A stretch of 64,000 nucleotides of DNA from an uncultured Chthonomonadaceae bacterium (GCA_963835065.1 CAWIEK010000008.1:11809-75808); one strand, 5' to 3'; shown: positions 20,593-32,361, numbered from the stretch's first letter. Numbers and translations are program-made. The notes: a model not told the origin generated them from the letters alone.

Positions 20593-23074
20593 TCAGTGAT
20601 TAAAATAAAACTCGCGGGATGTGACCAGCGCCCACAGCAGGTCTTGTGTGCCTTCCGCGCGGTTTTTCGCTTTGGAAATCAGCGCGGTGGCCTGGGTTGT
20701 TTCCGAGGGCAAGGGAAGACGGCAGAAGGTGCGCAGGTAACATTCGCGCACCACGTCTTCATCGGTTTTGGCGTCTTTGACGATGGTTTTGGTGGTTGTG
20801 CCGTTGTCCACTTTGTTCTCGATGTAGGGCGAGTTGATCATGGTCAGGGTTTGCACCAGATTGGGTTCCAGCTTGGGATCAATTTCGGTCAGGAATTCGC
20901 GGTGCGATTGCCCGAACGAGTCCAGAAAGCTGTTGCCGATGGGAATGGCGGCTTGTATGGCGTGGCTGCGATCCGTAAAATTGGTAAACTGCTCCCGAAC
21001 GCCACACGCCTGATTGATCATGTCCAGCAGGGCCTGGCCGGGCATGGGCTTTGCCATAAAGTGCGAAAAGAAGCGGTCATCTTTTTCGTTGGAGGCGTTG
21101 GGAACGGACGAAAGCTGATACGTTTTGGAGTTCAAAATCACGCGAATGACGTGTTTTATGTCGTACTTGCTGTCCACCAGTTCTTTGGCAAGCGCGTCAA
21201 GCAGGCCGGGCACGCTTTCCGGGGTTGTGGCCCGCATATCGTCTACGGGATTGATGATGCCCTTGCCGAAGTAATACGACCACAGGCGATTAACGGTAGC
21301 GCGGGCAAAGAACGGATTTTTGGAATCGGTGATCCAGTTGGCAAGACCCACAACCATATCGGGCTGCTCGGGCGTAGGCTGCTTGTCGCCCAAATACGTC
21401 GGCGGCGCGATTTTGCCCCGGTTGCGTCCTGTTACCGAATCGTTGCGCAGTTGCGCGCCATGATTGTAACTGATGATTTCTTCATCGTACAAGCGCCCGC
21501 CCCGCCCGGAAACCTTCTGCTCGAACGCGGCGAAGTTCCAGTAATCGTCGGTTGTCCATCTGTCAAAGGGGTGCTTGTGGCACCGCGCGCACGACATGCG
21601 GACGCCCAAAAACGCCTGTCCGATGTTTTCCATGCGGTCATTGGCCTGCCGCTCGATACGGTAAAAGCAGGCCGGCCCGTTCTGGTACGTGCTGCCCCGC
21701 GCCGTCAGCAGTTCCCGCACAAACTGGTCATACGGCTTATTATCGCGGACGCTGTTCCAAATCCACTCGTGGAACAGCACGGCGGCGCGTTCCGAAAGGT
21801 TGCTGCCGTTGCCGATTTTGCGCGGATTGACCCGCAGCAGATCGGACAGGCGCATAGCGCGATAATCGGCGAATTCCGGTGTTTCCAGCAGGGCGTCAAT
21901 GCGTTTGGCGCGTTTATCAGGAGACGTGTCGGCCTGAAAATTCACGATTTCTTCGGGAGTGGGCAGGCGTCCAACCGTATCCAGCGTGACGCGGCGCAGG
22001 AATTCCATGTCCGAGGAGGGCGCGGACGGAACCACGTTGAGCGCTTTCATGTTGTCGAACACGTAGCGGTCAATCGTATTCGTTGTTTGTATGACGGGGT
22101 ATGCGCCTTTACGCTCCTGCGGCAAGGTGATGAAGGACGCGGCAATGGTTCCCAAATAGCGGCCCAAAATCGCGCCGCCACCCCACCGCGAACCGGTCAC
22201 TTCGCCGCTCTGCGAAACGCTCAACACGCCGCTGTTCGTGGACTGAAACACCGTCTGCGCAGTCACGTCGCGTTTGCTGCCATCCGTGTAAGTGGCCCAC
22301 ACGCGCAGTTGCGTTTTGGGCGGTATGGGCGCGGCAATCGGCGCTGGTTTTGCCGCCACAGGTTTTGCCGCCGCGACAACTTTGCCTTTGCCATGCCGGG
22401 CTGCCGGTTTCAAAGCCGCCACTTTTACGATTGGCGTTTTGACGGGAACGGGCGCGGGCCGATGCAGAGTGACTTTGGCGGGCGTAATCGTCAGGGATAC
22501 GAGGCGCGGGTCTTTATCTGTAAAGGGAGCGCCCTGTTTCAGCCAGTTCAAAATCGTGTTGTAGTCCGGGGAACCGACGGCGAAGCGCGGGCCGCCGCCG
22601 TGCGGCACAACGCCCGCCGCTTTCAGCAGCAGCAGGCTTTTTTCCGGTTCGGCAAAGTTGATGCGCCGTCCCCGCGCCCCGTAGATAATCGGCTCGTAAT
22701 CGTCTTCGGGGCTGAGGGTGAGCAGGGAAACTTGAAACCCGCCCCTGCCGCCGAACTTGCCGTGACACGCCGCTGTCGAGCAGCTATTCCTATCCAAAAT
22801 AGGAGCCACATCCCGCAAAAACTCAACGGGTTTTACAGCGGGCTTTACAGAAGCAGTGGACTTCAGGGGGGAAACGAGTTTCACAGCAGGAACGGCACTG
22901 GCAGGCACAGGTTTGGAGCCGGAAACAGGATTTCCGACATTAGCTGGAGCAGGCGCGGCTTGCTTGCTTGTGGTATCGGGCGACTTTACGGGTGGCGGCG
23001 CGGCAACCGCGCCGACCGCTACACCACACGATGCCGCCAAAGCAAAATACAAAGTAGATTGGATGAAAACGCAT
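20593..23074 (-). CDS. DUF1549/DUF1553 domain protein with Ig-like domain (start inferred via one T-run correction near 23046)
   Basis: CSTAACHG, EFLRRVTLD, PYDQFVRELLTA, CARCHKHP, NRLWSYYFGKG, DLLWALVTSREFYFNH. Confidence 0.9.
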
Positions 23075-23162
23075 AAAATAGCCTCGACAAACACACGATG
23101 ATGGTTCACGGTTGAGCGCGTTGGTTCCAGGCGTTGAAAACGCCTGTCTCGGTGGCGTTCTG

Positions 23163-23233
23163 CGTAGGGACATAACATGTTATGTCCGCGCTCTATACTG
23201 CCGGGAGAGGACATAACATGTTATGTCCCTACG
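23163..23233. repeat. GTAG-family REP doublet (REPIN-like)
   Basis: cgtagggacataacatgttatgtcc ... ggacataacatgttatgtccctacg; each half contains a 20-bp palindrome. Confidence 0.85.
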
Positions 23234-23645
23234 GACGCAATACACGATTGTACAAAGGTTCGCGTCCGTAGGACGCTTGCACTTTCCTGCCGGGTATTTT
23301 CAATATCCGGAATGCAGGCGGCAGTTGTTCCGTTTGGACACGCGACTGCCTGCCTAAGTTGCATCTTTTTGTAGGTTTTTGCCGGTTTACGCGATGAACT
23401 TTCCTCAAAGGCGAATGTTTCGCGCTAAATTCGCGTATGAGAACGCACCCGCATAGCATTTCTTGACAGCAGGGTATGTCACATGCTATGATGAATTTGA
23501 TACTTATGGCTGAAATCTGTTTGCGCCTTCAAACGGCTTGCAAACAGACGCATGGACAGCCAGGCCGCATTGCCAGCGTGTTACCCTGCGCATCAACAGC
23601 CGCCGCGCCGGTTCATGCGGGCGATTTTCAAGGAGAACCTCAGAC

Positions 23646-25284
23646 GTGAATGACCCGGAGCAACCGCGCGACAACAAATTTCCCCTGACGAACAACGCCC
23701 CCAAAGGCGCGTCTTCGTTCGAAGCCAAGCCTTCTACGCCTGCGGCTGCCTCTGCCGCCGGTGGCAAGAAAACGGCGCGGCCTCGCAACGTCTGGACGTA
23801 TCTGAAGTGGGGAGTGTTTTCCGCCGTATCGGTCAGCGCGCTGGCTGCGGGAACCGTTTTCGGGTATCTCATCCACAATAGCAAAGAGTTTTCCAACGCC
23901 GTTGGAACGTTTATCAGCCACTCCAAGCAAACCATTATTGAACACGATCTCACAGCCGCGTGGACGCCGGAAAACCAGCATTTGACGGACAAGGGCAATA
24001 CCATCAATGTGCTGATTTTGGGCTGCGACCATGATTATGATGACCGGACGCAAAAGCCCATTCTGACCACACCGGGCCGCAGCGACAGCATCTTGATGGC
24101 GCACATAGATTTTGAGCATCAGACCATCAAATGCCTGACCATTCCGCGCGATACGGCCGTGAGTATTCCCGACCATCGCGGCCTGCACAAGATCAACGCC
24201 GCGCATGAGTTCGGCGACAACGCCCTGACGGTTCGCACCATCAAGGAACGCTTCGGACTGGACAGCGATTATTGCGTGACGCTGGATTTTGAAAGTTTTC
24301 AGAAGGTTGTCAACGCGCTTGGCGGCGTGGATGTCAACGTTCACAAGCCCCTCAACTATGACGACAACTGGGGCAACCTGCACGTTCATCTTAAAGCCCG
24401 GTATGCAGCACCTCAACGGCTACCAGGCGATGGGCTATGTGCGTATCCGGCACTCCGACAGCGACCTTGCCCGCTCCGAACGCCAGCATGAGTTTCTGGA
24501 ATCCATTCGCAGCAAGGTCAACCCCACCATCATTCCCAAACTGCCCCGCATTTTGTCTGCAATCACGTCCGACCTGCACACCGATATGACGCAGGATCAG
24601 ATGATCGCCCTTGCCAACTTTGCCCGCAAGCTGAAGCCGGAGCAGATACAACTGATTACCCTGCCCAACTACGAGGGCCGCAGTTACTGCTACATCTATC
24701 CTGACAAAGCCCGCAAAGTCATTGCCGAATTGTTCTATGACGGCAATGAAAGCATGGTGAAGATGGATACGCCAAGTTGGGATCAAGTGGCTGCCCTGAA
24801 CAACTCGCGCGGCCTGAACAGCGCGGGCGAAGGCGGCGGAGGCGGAGACAGTTTGGGACGCAAACGGCGCTCCGGGCGGCACAGTACCGCGCTCACGGAC
24901 GCGACAACGCCCCGCGACGACAGCGGCAAGCCCCTCGCGGATGCCAACGACAACCCCGAAACGGCAACCGACCTGACACCCGTAGATCGCTCCAACGAAG
25001 AAACCGTTTCGGACGGCAAGCGCGCCCGCCGCAAGCGCCACAGCGATACCGGTGACGCCTCCGGCGACACGCCCCGCGGCAAGGACAAAGACGGTTCCGC
25101 TGACGCCGGCTCCAAAGACACCAAAAAAGACTCCGGCGATAAGGGCGACAGCGGCTCCAAAGATACCGGCTCTAAAAGCGACGGCAGTGGCGATAAGGGC
25201 GACAAGAGCGGCGACACGGGCGACAAAACCGGAAGCGGCGACAAAGGCGATACCACCGGAAGTGGCGCAGGCGGCACATTCTAA
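23646..25284 (+). CDS. LCP (LytR-CpsA-Psr) family protein with low-complexity GDK-rich tail (frameshift near 24395)
   Basis: INVLILGCD, GRSDSI, IPRDT, KINAAH, VNALGGVDV; second frame YVRIRHSDSDLARSERQ. Confidence 0.9.
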
Positions 25285-25286
25285 AA

Positions 25287-25322
25287 AGTTGATAGTTGAT
25301 AGTTCGTAGTTGATAGGGATGC
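25287..25322 (+). repeat. Heptamer (AGTTGAT)n arm just after LCP stop
   Basis: agttgat agttgat agttcgt agttgat agggatgc; near-identical to the reverse complement of 53869-53906. Confidence 0.8.
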
Positions 25323-25430
25323 GCAAGAGCGCAAACGGCTTCGGTATCTGGCGCGTTCGTAATGAACACCAGACACCGAAGCCGTTTTTGAACATCTGCT
25401 AACCGTTGTAGGGCTGCATCAAACCTTGCT

Positions 25431-27227
25431 CTACTGGTTCGGGACGGCTCCCGCGCCATCATCGGCGGCGGGGGTGGACGCGCCCGCAGAAGCAGGCTTC
25501 GCGCCGGTTCTTCCGGCTCCCGCCGCAGCGGGAGCCGGCTTCGATTTGGGCGGGGCTGTGCCCACAATCACGACGGAGGGAATGGCGCGGTAGTGCGTGG
25601 TAATCGGTTCGCGCTTCACTTCCTGCCCGTTGTCCTTCACCACGCGATACCACGTCACGTCAATGCGCGGGTGTCCCGGCACTTTCACTTCGGTATGGCC
25701 GGCAGGGAGGCTTGGGTCATGCTGGGTTTCCGTGCCGAAATCGCCCTGAACGAATTTGCCGCGCGTCAGCGTGACCTCACGCCCCGGCGTCTTCTTGCCG
25801 TACACGCGGAACGTCAGCGAACCGTTGTGGCCGCGCCCGTAAATGTAAACCGGGGCGTCCGTGCTGTTCATAAACTTAAAGTCAATATCGCCATCAACCA
25901 CTGTCGCGTCCAGTCCCTGCGGCACATAATGGACGGGAAAAGCGTGGTGTGAGCGATCCACAATCTTCAAGTTGGACAGCAAAACCGAGTTAAACAAGGT
26001 CGTGGAAACCTGACATACGCCGCCGCCCACACCCGGCTTCAGTACGCCGCGCACGATTTCCGGGGCCGTTTTGAAGCCACATTCCAGGCTGCGCGGCCCG
26101 ACAGTTTTGTTGTAGGAGAACACTTCGCCGGGACGTAAAACCGTTCCATTGATGCGGCTGGCGGCAAGCGCGACATTGCTGTGCCGATTGGCCGTGCCGC
26201 CAATATCCGTCTGCTTCATACCCAACAGGCCATTGATCTGCCGAATGTCCTCGTAGGTGATGCTTGCGGGCGTTGCTTTCGCCGCCAGTTCCACTTCAAT
26301 AGGCTGCGAAGTATCTCCAACAGGGGGGTTGGCGGTTGGCAGTTGGTGATTGGTGGCTGGCGGCTGGTGATCGGTGATTGGTTTGGGCTGCCCCTCAGTC
26401 GTGTCGCTCCTGGGCGCAGCAGGAGTGGTAACGGAGCCATTCGCGCCCCCCGGTTTCTGATGCGCGTTCGGGTCCGCCGGAGCAGCATCCTCACTTTTCC
26501 CTTTTTCCTTTTCCCTTTTCCCTTCCTCGGTCTCCCCCTCTGATCCCTGTTCCCTGTTCCCTGTTCCCTGTTCCCTACCCTGCGTTGCGCCATTGAAACC
26601 GACCCATGCCTGCGTAATGGCGGTGGCGGAAGCGTTCACATCCACGCCCAGGCCAGGTTTGTCGTGGAGATAGGCCGTGATTTGCGTACCATCCAGTTTC
26701 AAGCGGGCGTTGCGGGGCTTGCGGTTCACCTGAAACGCGATCTGCCGGACATAAGCGCGTACCTGATTGTCGTCCATCGCCACGCGGGCGGGAACCAGAA
26801 TGGTTTTGCTGCCGGTCAGCGCATGGGACATTTGCGCCAACATGCCTTCGCGCCCCGCTTTGCTCACATCATCCAGCGTAGCGGGAATGTCGAAGCCGAG
26901 TTTCAGTTTACGCGCTGTTGTCGTCCACGTTTTGGGAACATGCGCGTCTTCGGCAAAGCGCAGTTTCAGTTCCACGTCCTGCCGCGCATTGCCCCATTGC
27001 TGCAGCAGCGTCCGCGCTTCCTCCAGGGTTTTGCCGCCCAACTTCAAATTGCCGACCTGTACGCCCGGCGCGATTTCGTTGTCGGGCACGCGCGCCCGCG
27101 CCCCAAGCAGGCCGACGCCCGCAACGGCAAACAGGGCCACCGGCGTCACGACATACAGGCGGCGCGGGCCGGCATAACGAACTTTCGGAGCGTTTTTGCT
27201 GGGAGAACTTTTAGATGTTGCTGACAC
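25431..27227 (-). CDS. VanW/YoaR family peptidoglycan-binding protein with in-frame repeat-derived insertion
   Basis: LRPGEVFSYNKTVGPR, GGGVCQVSTTLFN, HHAFPVHYVPQGLDATV; G5-like tail. Confidence 0.9.
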   Translation of the reverse strand: MSATSKSSPSKNAPKVRYAGPRRLYVVTPVALFAVAGVGLLGARARVPDNEIAPGVQVGNLKLGGKTLEEARTLLQQWGNARQDVELKLRFAEDAHVPKTWTTTARKLKLGFDIPATLDDVSKAGREGMLAQMSHALTGSKTILVPARVAMDDNQVRAYVRQIAFQVNRKPRNARLKLDGTQITAYLHDKPGLGVDVNASATAITQAWVGFNGATQGREQGTGNREQGSEGETEEGKREKEKGKSEDAAPADPNAHQKPGGANGSVTTPAAPRSDTTEGQPKPITDHQPPATNHQLPTANPPVGDTSQPIEVELAAKATPASITYEDIRQINGLLGMKQTDIGGTANRHSNVALAASRINGTVLRPGEVFSYNKTVGPRSLECGFKTAPEIVRGVLKPGVGGGVCQVSTTLFNSVLLSNLKIVDRSHHAFPVHYVPQGLDATVVDGDIDFKFMNSTDAPVYIYGRGHNGSLTFRVYGKKTPGREVTLTRGKFVQGDFGTETQHDPSLPAGHTEVKVPGHPRIDVTWYRVVKDNGQEVKREPITTHYRAIPSVVIVGTAPPKSKPAPAAAGAGRTGAKPASAGASTPAADDGAGAVPNQ

Positions 27228-27409
27228 GGAACGATAACCTTACTTGCCTGTAAATTGGGTCAAAGATTGTTGTCTTACGAGGTTACAAGGCAATCTTATA
27301 TAAAACGGCCCAGGCAGAGCGCAGAACGGCACGAAAAACTACAGATTGTATCCCTACGTTAGAAACTTCGCGGGCGGAGGAATGTGACAGAAACTAGTTA
27401 ATTTGATGG

Positions 27410-28186
27410 TTAATTTTCGGAATGGTGGGAGCCGTGCCCGCTGCCGATAGCCGCATGTTCCCTGTGGTGGTGCAGCCCTTCATGCAGTTCCAGACGGGCG
27501 ATCAGTTCTTCCAATTTTTCGCTGTGCTGTTCCAGCAATTCCAAACGCTGGCGCAGTTCGCGGATGGTTTCGTCCTGCGGGTCCACGCGGTTGATAAAGT
27601 TGTCCATAACGCCGCTGTCCGCGTCCTGAGCGCTGACCGCGCCGAGCATGGCATAATCTTCGTTAGCCCGTTGCCCCTCGCGGCGCACAATGCGCCCCGG
27701 AATGCCGACAACCGTGCAATGGGCGGGAATGTCTTTGTTGACAACCGCGTTCGCGCCGATTTTGCAATGGTCGCCAATGGTAATCGGGCCAAGTATTTTC
27801 GCGCCCATGCCGACAAGAACGCCGTTGCCCAATGTCGGGTGGCGCTTTACCTTGTCCAGACTCGTGCCGCCAAGCGTGACCTGATGGTACAGCAATACAT
27901 CGTCGCCGATAATGGCCGTTTCGCCAATAACGATCCCCATGCCGTGATCAATAAAGAAACGCCTGCCGATGGTCGCGCCGGGATGGATTTCAATGCCGGT
28001 CATAAAACGGGCGAATTGCGACAGGAAACGCGCGCCTAACTTCAGCCGACGCTTCCACAGGGCGTGGGCAAACCGGTGCAGCCATACGGCATGTAATCCC
28101 GGATAGGTCAGCACTTCCAGCAGGCTGCGAGCGGCAGGGTCTTTGTGAAAAACCGTTTGTACATCTTCGCGCAAACGTGCAAACAC
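27410..28186 (-). CDS. cysE: Serine O-acetyltransferase
   Basis: [37 protein letters not shown]. Confidence 0.95.
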   Translation of the reverse strand: MFARLREDVQTVFHKDPAARSLLEVLTYPGLHAVWLHRFAHALWKRRLKLGARFLSQFARFMTGIEIHPGATIGRRFFIDHGMGIVIGETAIIGDDVLLYHQVTLGGTSLDKVKRHPTLGNGVLVGMGAKILGPITIGDHCKIGANAVVNKDIPAHCTVVGIPGRIVRREGQRANEDYAMLGAVSAQDADSGVMDNFINRVDPQDETIRELRQRLELLEQHSEKLEELIARLELHEGLHHHREHAAIGSGHGSHHSEN

Positions 28187-28438
28187 GATAATTTAAAATT
28201 CCTTTGAAGATTGAAACACCTACCAAAGTTTAGCACACAATTGGGGAAACCGCAATGCGGCAATAGAGGATTGCCGCATTTTTCACGCTGCTTATACATT
28301 CAACGCCGCTATGTGCCGGCAGGTGTTGCGCATGAGAGCCGCGCAACACCTATCTTCATCAAAATCGAACCAGAAACCTTTGCGTTCACGCGCCGGGAGG
28401 AATGATCTTTCAGGTTCTTGTACTGCGCGTTGTATGCC

Positions 28439-30868
28439 TTACGCCGCGCGAAGGTACTGCTCGACGAGGGCTGTAGCCGGCATTTCTATATCCGATAGTT
28501 CCCTGTCCGATAGTTCCCTGTCCGGTATTGCCGTACCCGGTATGTCTTTGCCGGGCGGGCAGATCGTTTGCGCGAAATGATGAGGGCCTGCGGCAATGCC
28601 ATCCCCAAGTTCGGCGGCGGGAAGGGGGCGGGCAAAGAAGTACCCCTGCCCAATATGACACCCCAATTCCTGCAGTTGAGAAACCTGCTCGGCGGTTTCC
28701 ACGCCTTCGCCGGTCACGTCCAGATGTAACGCCTTCGAGAGCATGATAATCGCGGCGACAATAGACCCGGACTCACGATGCTCCGTCAGTCGCTTGACAA
28801 ACGCGCGGTCAATCTTGACGGTATCGAGCGGGAACAGGTTCAGGCTCGCCATGGACGAGTACCCGGTTCCGAAATCATCCATCGCCAATTTCACGCCCAG
28901 CGCTTTGAGCGCGTGCAATTTGGCAACCGTATCTTCCACATCGGCCATCATCACGCTTTCCGTGATTTCCAGTTTGACGTTTTCCGGCGCAACTTCGGTC
29001 TTCGCTAAAATGGCCTGCACTCGTTCGACAACATCGGATCGCTGCAGTTGCTTGCCGGAAAGGTTTACATTGACCGCCATCTGGCCGAAATTCGGATACG
29101 CTTCTTTCCATGCTTGCATCTGGCGGCATGCCTCTTCCAGCACCCAGTAGCCGATGGGCAAAATCAGCCCGGTTTCTTCGGCAATGGGAATAAACGCGCC
29201 GGGAGCCATCAAGCCTCTGGTGGGATGTTCCCAGCGTACCAGCGCTTCCACGCCGTTCATGCGCCCTGTTTCCAGATCAATGAGCGGCTGGTAATGCACT
29301 TTCAATTCGTTGCGCTCCACCGCAAAGCGCAGGCCGGTTTCAATCTCCATGCGCTCCACAACATCGGCATTCATGGTGGTATTGAACACGACAAATCCCG
29401 ACTTACCCTGCGATTTGGCCTGGTACATCGCCGTATCCGCATCGCGCAGCAGGTCTTCCGCTTCCAGTGCCTCGTCACTGGAAAAAGCGATCCCGATGCT
29501 TGCGGAAACGAAAACCTCGCGCCCGCCGAGCGCGATAGGCTGCTGCAATTGGGCCACGATCCGCTCCGCCGTTTGTGTCGCTTCTTCCACATGGCAGACA
29601 CTTTCCAGCAGCAGCGTGAACTCGTCGCCGCCCAATCGGGCAATAGTGTCTCCGCCGCGAGCCGACGCCTGCAATCGCTGCGCGACTGTTTTGAGCAAAG
29701 TATCCCCGGCCTCATGCCCCATGCTGTCGTTGACGAACTTGAAGTTATCTAAATCTACAAACAGGACAGCCACTCCCGTTTGCAGCCGCCCCATGCGCCG
29801 AATCGCGCCCCCAAGCCGATCCTGAAAAAGCAGGCGATTGGGCAGGCCGGTGAGCGCGTCGTGCAGCGCCTGATGCTCCAGGCGCGCTTCGGCTTGCTTG
29901 CGCTCGGAAATGTCGCAAATAAAAGCGCTGAAAGTCAGCCGCTCACCGGCGCGGACACAGGAAAGCGACATGGCAATCGGAAAGGTATGGCCTTTCCGAT
30001 GCAGCGCCTCGGTTTCGATGCGCTGCCCGACGAACCGCCCCTCTTCCCCGGCGATAAAGCGCCTGATATCGCGCTGATAGTTTTCGCGAAGCGCATGGGG
30101 AACGGTGGTTTCGGTGAGGGATCGGCCCAGCGCTTCGGCCTTCGTCCATCCGAAAATCGTTTCCGCCTGAGCGTTCCAGCCGATGATAAGCCCCTGCGCA
30201 TCCGTAGCGACGACGGCATCCAGCGCTGTTTCCAGCACGGCCCGCGTCCGCTCTTCTTCGCCGCGCTGCGCTTCCTGCTGCGCGGCGGTCTGCTGTGAGC
30301 GGGCGACACGCTGCATAAAGACGCCGAGACACAGCCCGCCACTGACCAGCACACTAATTGAGGCCAGGGCCGTTTGTGTTCGCTTCTCGTCCGCCTGACG
30401 GTTGTAATAGGCAATCGCCTTCTGGATAGCCTGCTCAAGCCTCTCATAAGCCGGGTCTACCTGTGCCTCGGCGATTTTTTCAGCCTCGTCTAAATCTCCC
30501 TTGCTCAGGTAAGGAAACTCCGCGTCAAGCGCCGCATCATAAGCAAGGTAAGCGGCTTGCACCTGTTCGAGCAGCGCGCTGTTGGCATGGTTGCGCTGCA
30601 AGTTTAGAAGCGCGGTATCCGCCTGCTGATCCACTTGTTCTTCGGTTTGCGCCCGTTCCGGGGAAAGGTGTTTTTCCGCGACGGCTTCCTCCTCGATAGA
30701 ATGTATTTGATAAACCACTCCCTGAAGGCGGGTCAGCTCTAACTGCGTATCGGTAAACTCGTCCGCGCGGCGCGCAACCTGTCCAATCAGGCTCCAGGCA
30801 AGAAGCGCCATGCACAGGGGAAGAATGATATAGGCCCATTTCGGGAAGTGTTTTGTAAGTCGGCTCAT
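28439..30868 (-). CDS. Membrane-bound PAS-GGDEF-EAL diguanylate cyclase/phosphodiesterase
   Basis: Two TM segments, PAS, RLGGDEF, VEALVRW, DDFGTGYSS. Confidence 0.95.
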   Translation of the reverse strand: MSRLTKHFPKWAYIILPLCMALLAWSLIGQVARRADEFTDTQLELTRLQGVVYQIHSIEEEAVAEKHLSPERAQTEEQVDQQADTALLNLQRNHANSALLEQVQAAYLAYDAALDAEFPYLSKGDLDEAEKIAEAQVDPAYERLEQAIQKAIAYYNRQADEKRTQTALASISVLVSGGLCLGVFMQRVARSQQTAAQQEAQRGEEERTRAVLETALDAVVATDAQGLIIGWNAQAETIFGWTKAEALGRSLTETTVPHALRENYQRDIRRFIAGEEGRFVGQRIETEALHRKGHTFPIAMSLSCVRAGERLTFSAFICDISERKQAEARLEHQALHDALTGLPNRLLFQDRLGGAIRRMGRLQTGVAVLFVDLDNFKFVNDSMGHEAGDTLLKTVAQRLQASARGGDTIARLGGDEFTLLLESVCHVEEATQTAERIVAQLQQPIALGGREVFVSASIGIAFSSDEALEAEDLLRDADTAMYQAKSQGKSGFVVFNTTMNADVVERMEIETGLRFAVERNELKVHYQPLIDLETGRMNGVEALVRWEHPTRGLMAPGAFIPIAEETGLILPIGYWVLEEACRQMQAWKEAYPNFGQMAVNVNLSGKQLQRSDVVERVQAILAKTEVAPENVKLEITESVMMADVEDTVAKLHALKALGVKLAMDDFGTGYSSMASLNLFPLDTVKIDRAFVKRLTEHRESGSIVAAIIMLSKALHLDVTGEGVETAEQVSQLQELGCHIGQGYFFARPLPAAELGDGIAAGPHHFAQTICPPGKDIPGTAIPDRELSDRELSDIEMPATALVEQYLRAA

Positions 30869-30877
30869 GGTTCCTGT

Positions 30878-31640
30878 TTATTTCTTACCGAAGTTGAATT
30901 GTACGCCGGCGTAGACATTCAAGTCGGAAAACCCCTGTGCGCTGCGCCCCGCTTTCAGCAGCAAGGCTCGGTCCGGCGCGAAGTTATAAGTCAAACCTAA
31001 GCCCCCAGGCGAATTCCGCTTTCTGGCCGGAGGCGGCAGAAGTGTTGCCGTAGGCTTCCGCTCCCGCGCTGAGGTACTCTGTCAGTTGATAGGTGTACGC
31101 AAGGCCATACAGCAGGCTGTCCCGGCTGCCTTTATCGCCCACAAGGTTGACGCCGACGTTGCCGAAAAGCGTGGAGCGTTTGAACGCCTTCTGGCCGATG
31201 AAAAGCAACTGGTGGTCTACGCAGCCGGTTCCCAAACCACGCGACCGGCTGGCGGTGGGAATTTTCAGCGCGTAATCGAGAGCGAACTGCGGCCTGACTT
31301 TGGTTTCTTCCAGAAAGCGCCATTTCACTTCCGGCACAATATCTCCCAGGCCGGCGGTTCGTCCCGCCCCGTTGCTGCGCGTGGAAATGCCGGTCACTCC
31401 CAGCGTCAATTGCAGGTTGTTGAGATACCCGTAGTTGAAATCAAAACTTGGAAATTCCTGCGTTTCACTGCCGCGCTTCTGGCCGGAGAGATAGCCCACA
31501 TTGAGTTCAATATGATGCGGCTCCGGCGTTTCCGGGTCGGCCACATCGTAGGGTGGCCCCGCCAGGACAGGCGCTGTAGGCCAGCAAAATACGCCCATCA
31601 AAGTTACAAAAACCACCGTAAACCATTTATTTTGTCGCAT
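30878..31640 (-). CDS. Putative outer-membrane beta-barrel ('transporter'/MetA-pathway-like), frameshift near 31003
   Basis: Signal peptide, GPPY..DP, GLGD...KWRF, KIPT..RGLGTG; one-base correction extends to ...YAGVQFNFGKK. Confidence 0.65.
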
Positions 31641-31942
31641 TAACTGTCAGCCTTGAAAATGGAGCGGGAAACATCGCGGCTTGCGGCAGATGCTTTCCAC
31701 GCAGAGTCAAGGGTTTTTTCCATGAAATCGTTATTTAATTTGCCGGAACAATTACGGGGATTCTCGTATAATGGCGGGGCGGCTCGCCTCGAAACCTGGC
31801 GAGGACGGGAACCCGGCAGCTTGTAAAAACGCGGGAAAGGGGCACAGGGAAGGAAAAACCGTAATTTATGCGGCTGATTTTTCCCATGCGAGAGAGTATT
31901 CTATAACCAGGAATGGTTTGCGAACCCCGTGGAGGAAAGAAA

Positions 31943-32338
31943 ATGAAGGCGATAATCAGCGCGTTTGCTTTGCTGCTGCTCTTGAATGGCATGCAGGTTT
32001 CCGCCGGCCACGCGCCGGGGCGCAGCCAGGGTGACGATGCCGTCCGTCTGCTGCGCGCTTTGCGCCAAAACGCTTTGGACGCCGGGAGCAATGTCGGCAT
32101 TTACCAGTGGAAGCGCGTCAACCGGGAGACAGACCGGATTGCCGCAGACGCCCGCAAGTTTTCAGCCCTGCCCGCGCCTGCCATGCCGCCAGGCCAGAAC
32201 GCGCAGCAAGCCATGCAGGACTTGCAGCAGGCCGCGCATGACTTGCGGGAAGCGCGTTTGCAGCGCGACGCGGTACAGATGGATGAAGCCGCCCACAGGC
32301 TTGCCGCCGCTTGCGACACCCTGCTCGCGTTAAAATAA
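31943..32338 (+). CDS. Secreted helical hypothetical protein
   Basis: RBS GGAGG, signal peptide MKAIISAFALLLLL. Confidence 0.6.
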   Translation: MKAIISAFALLLLLNGMQVSAGHAPGRSQGDDAVRLLRALRQNALDAGSNVGIYQWKRVNRETDRIAADARKFSALPAPAMPPGQNAQQAMQDLQQAAHDLREARLQRDAVQMDEAAHRLAAACDTLLALK

Positions 32339-32361
32339 AAGGTATCGGGAACGAACGATGC

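Noticed and set aside
20440..23076. 878-aa + strand ORF and other long antisense ORFs (e.g. 7332-8750, 33019-34209)
   Set aside because: Shadow ORFs of high-GC genes on the opposite strand, with no recognisable motifs.
25070..25270. GDK-rich repeats as a separate element
   Set aside because: Codon-periodic low-complexity tail of the LCP protein, without inverted arms.
28254..28280. T-box or riboswitch upstream of cysE
   Set aside because: Only an 11-bp hairpin is present; no T-box consensus was recognised.
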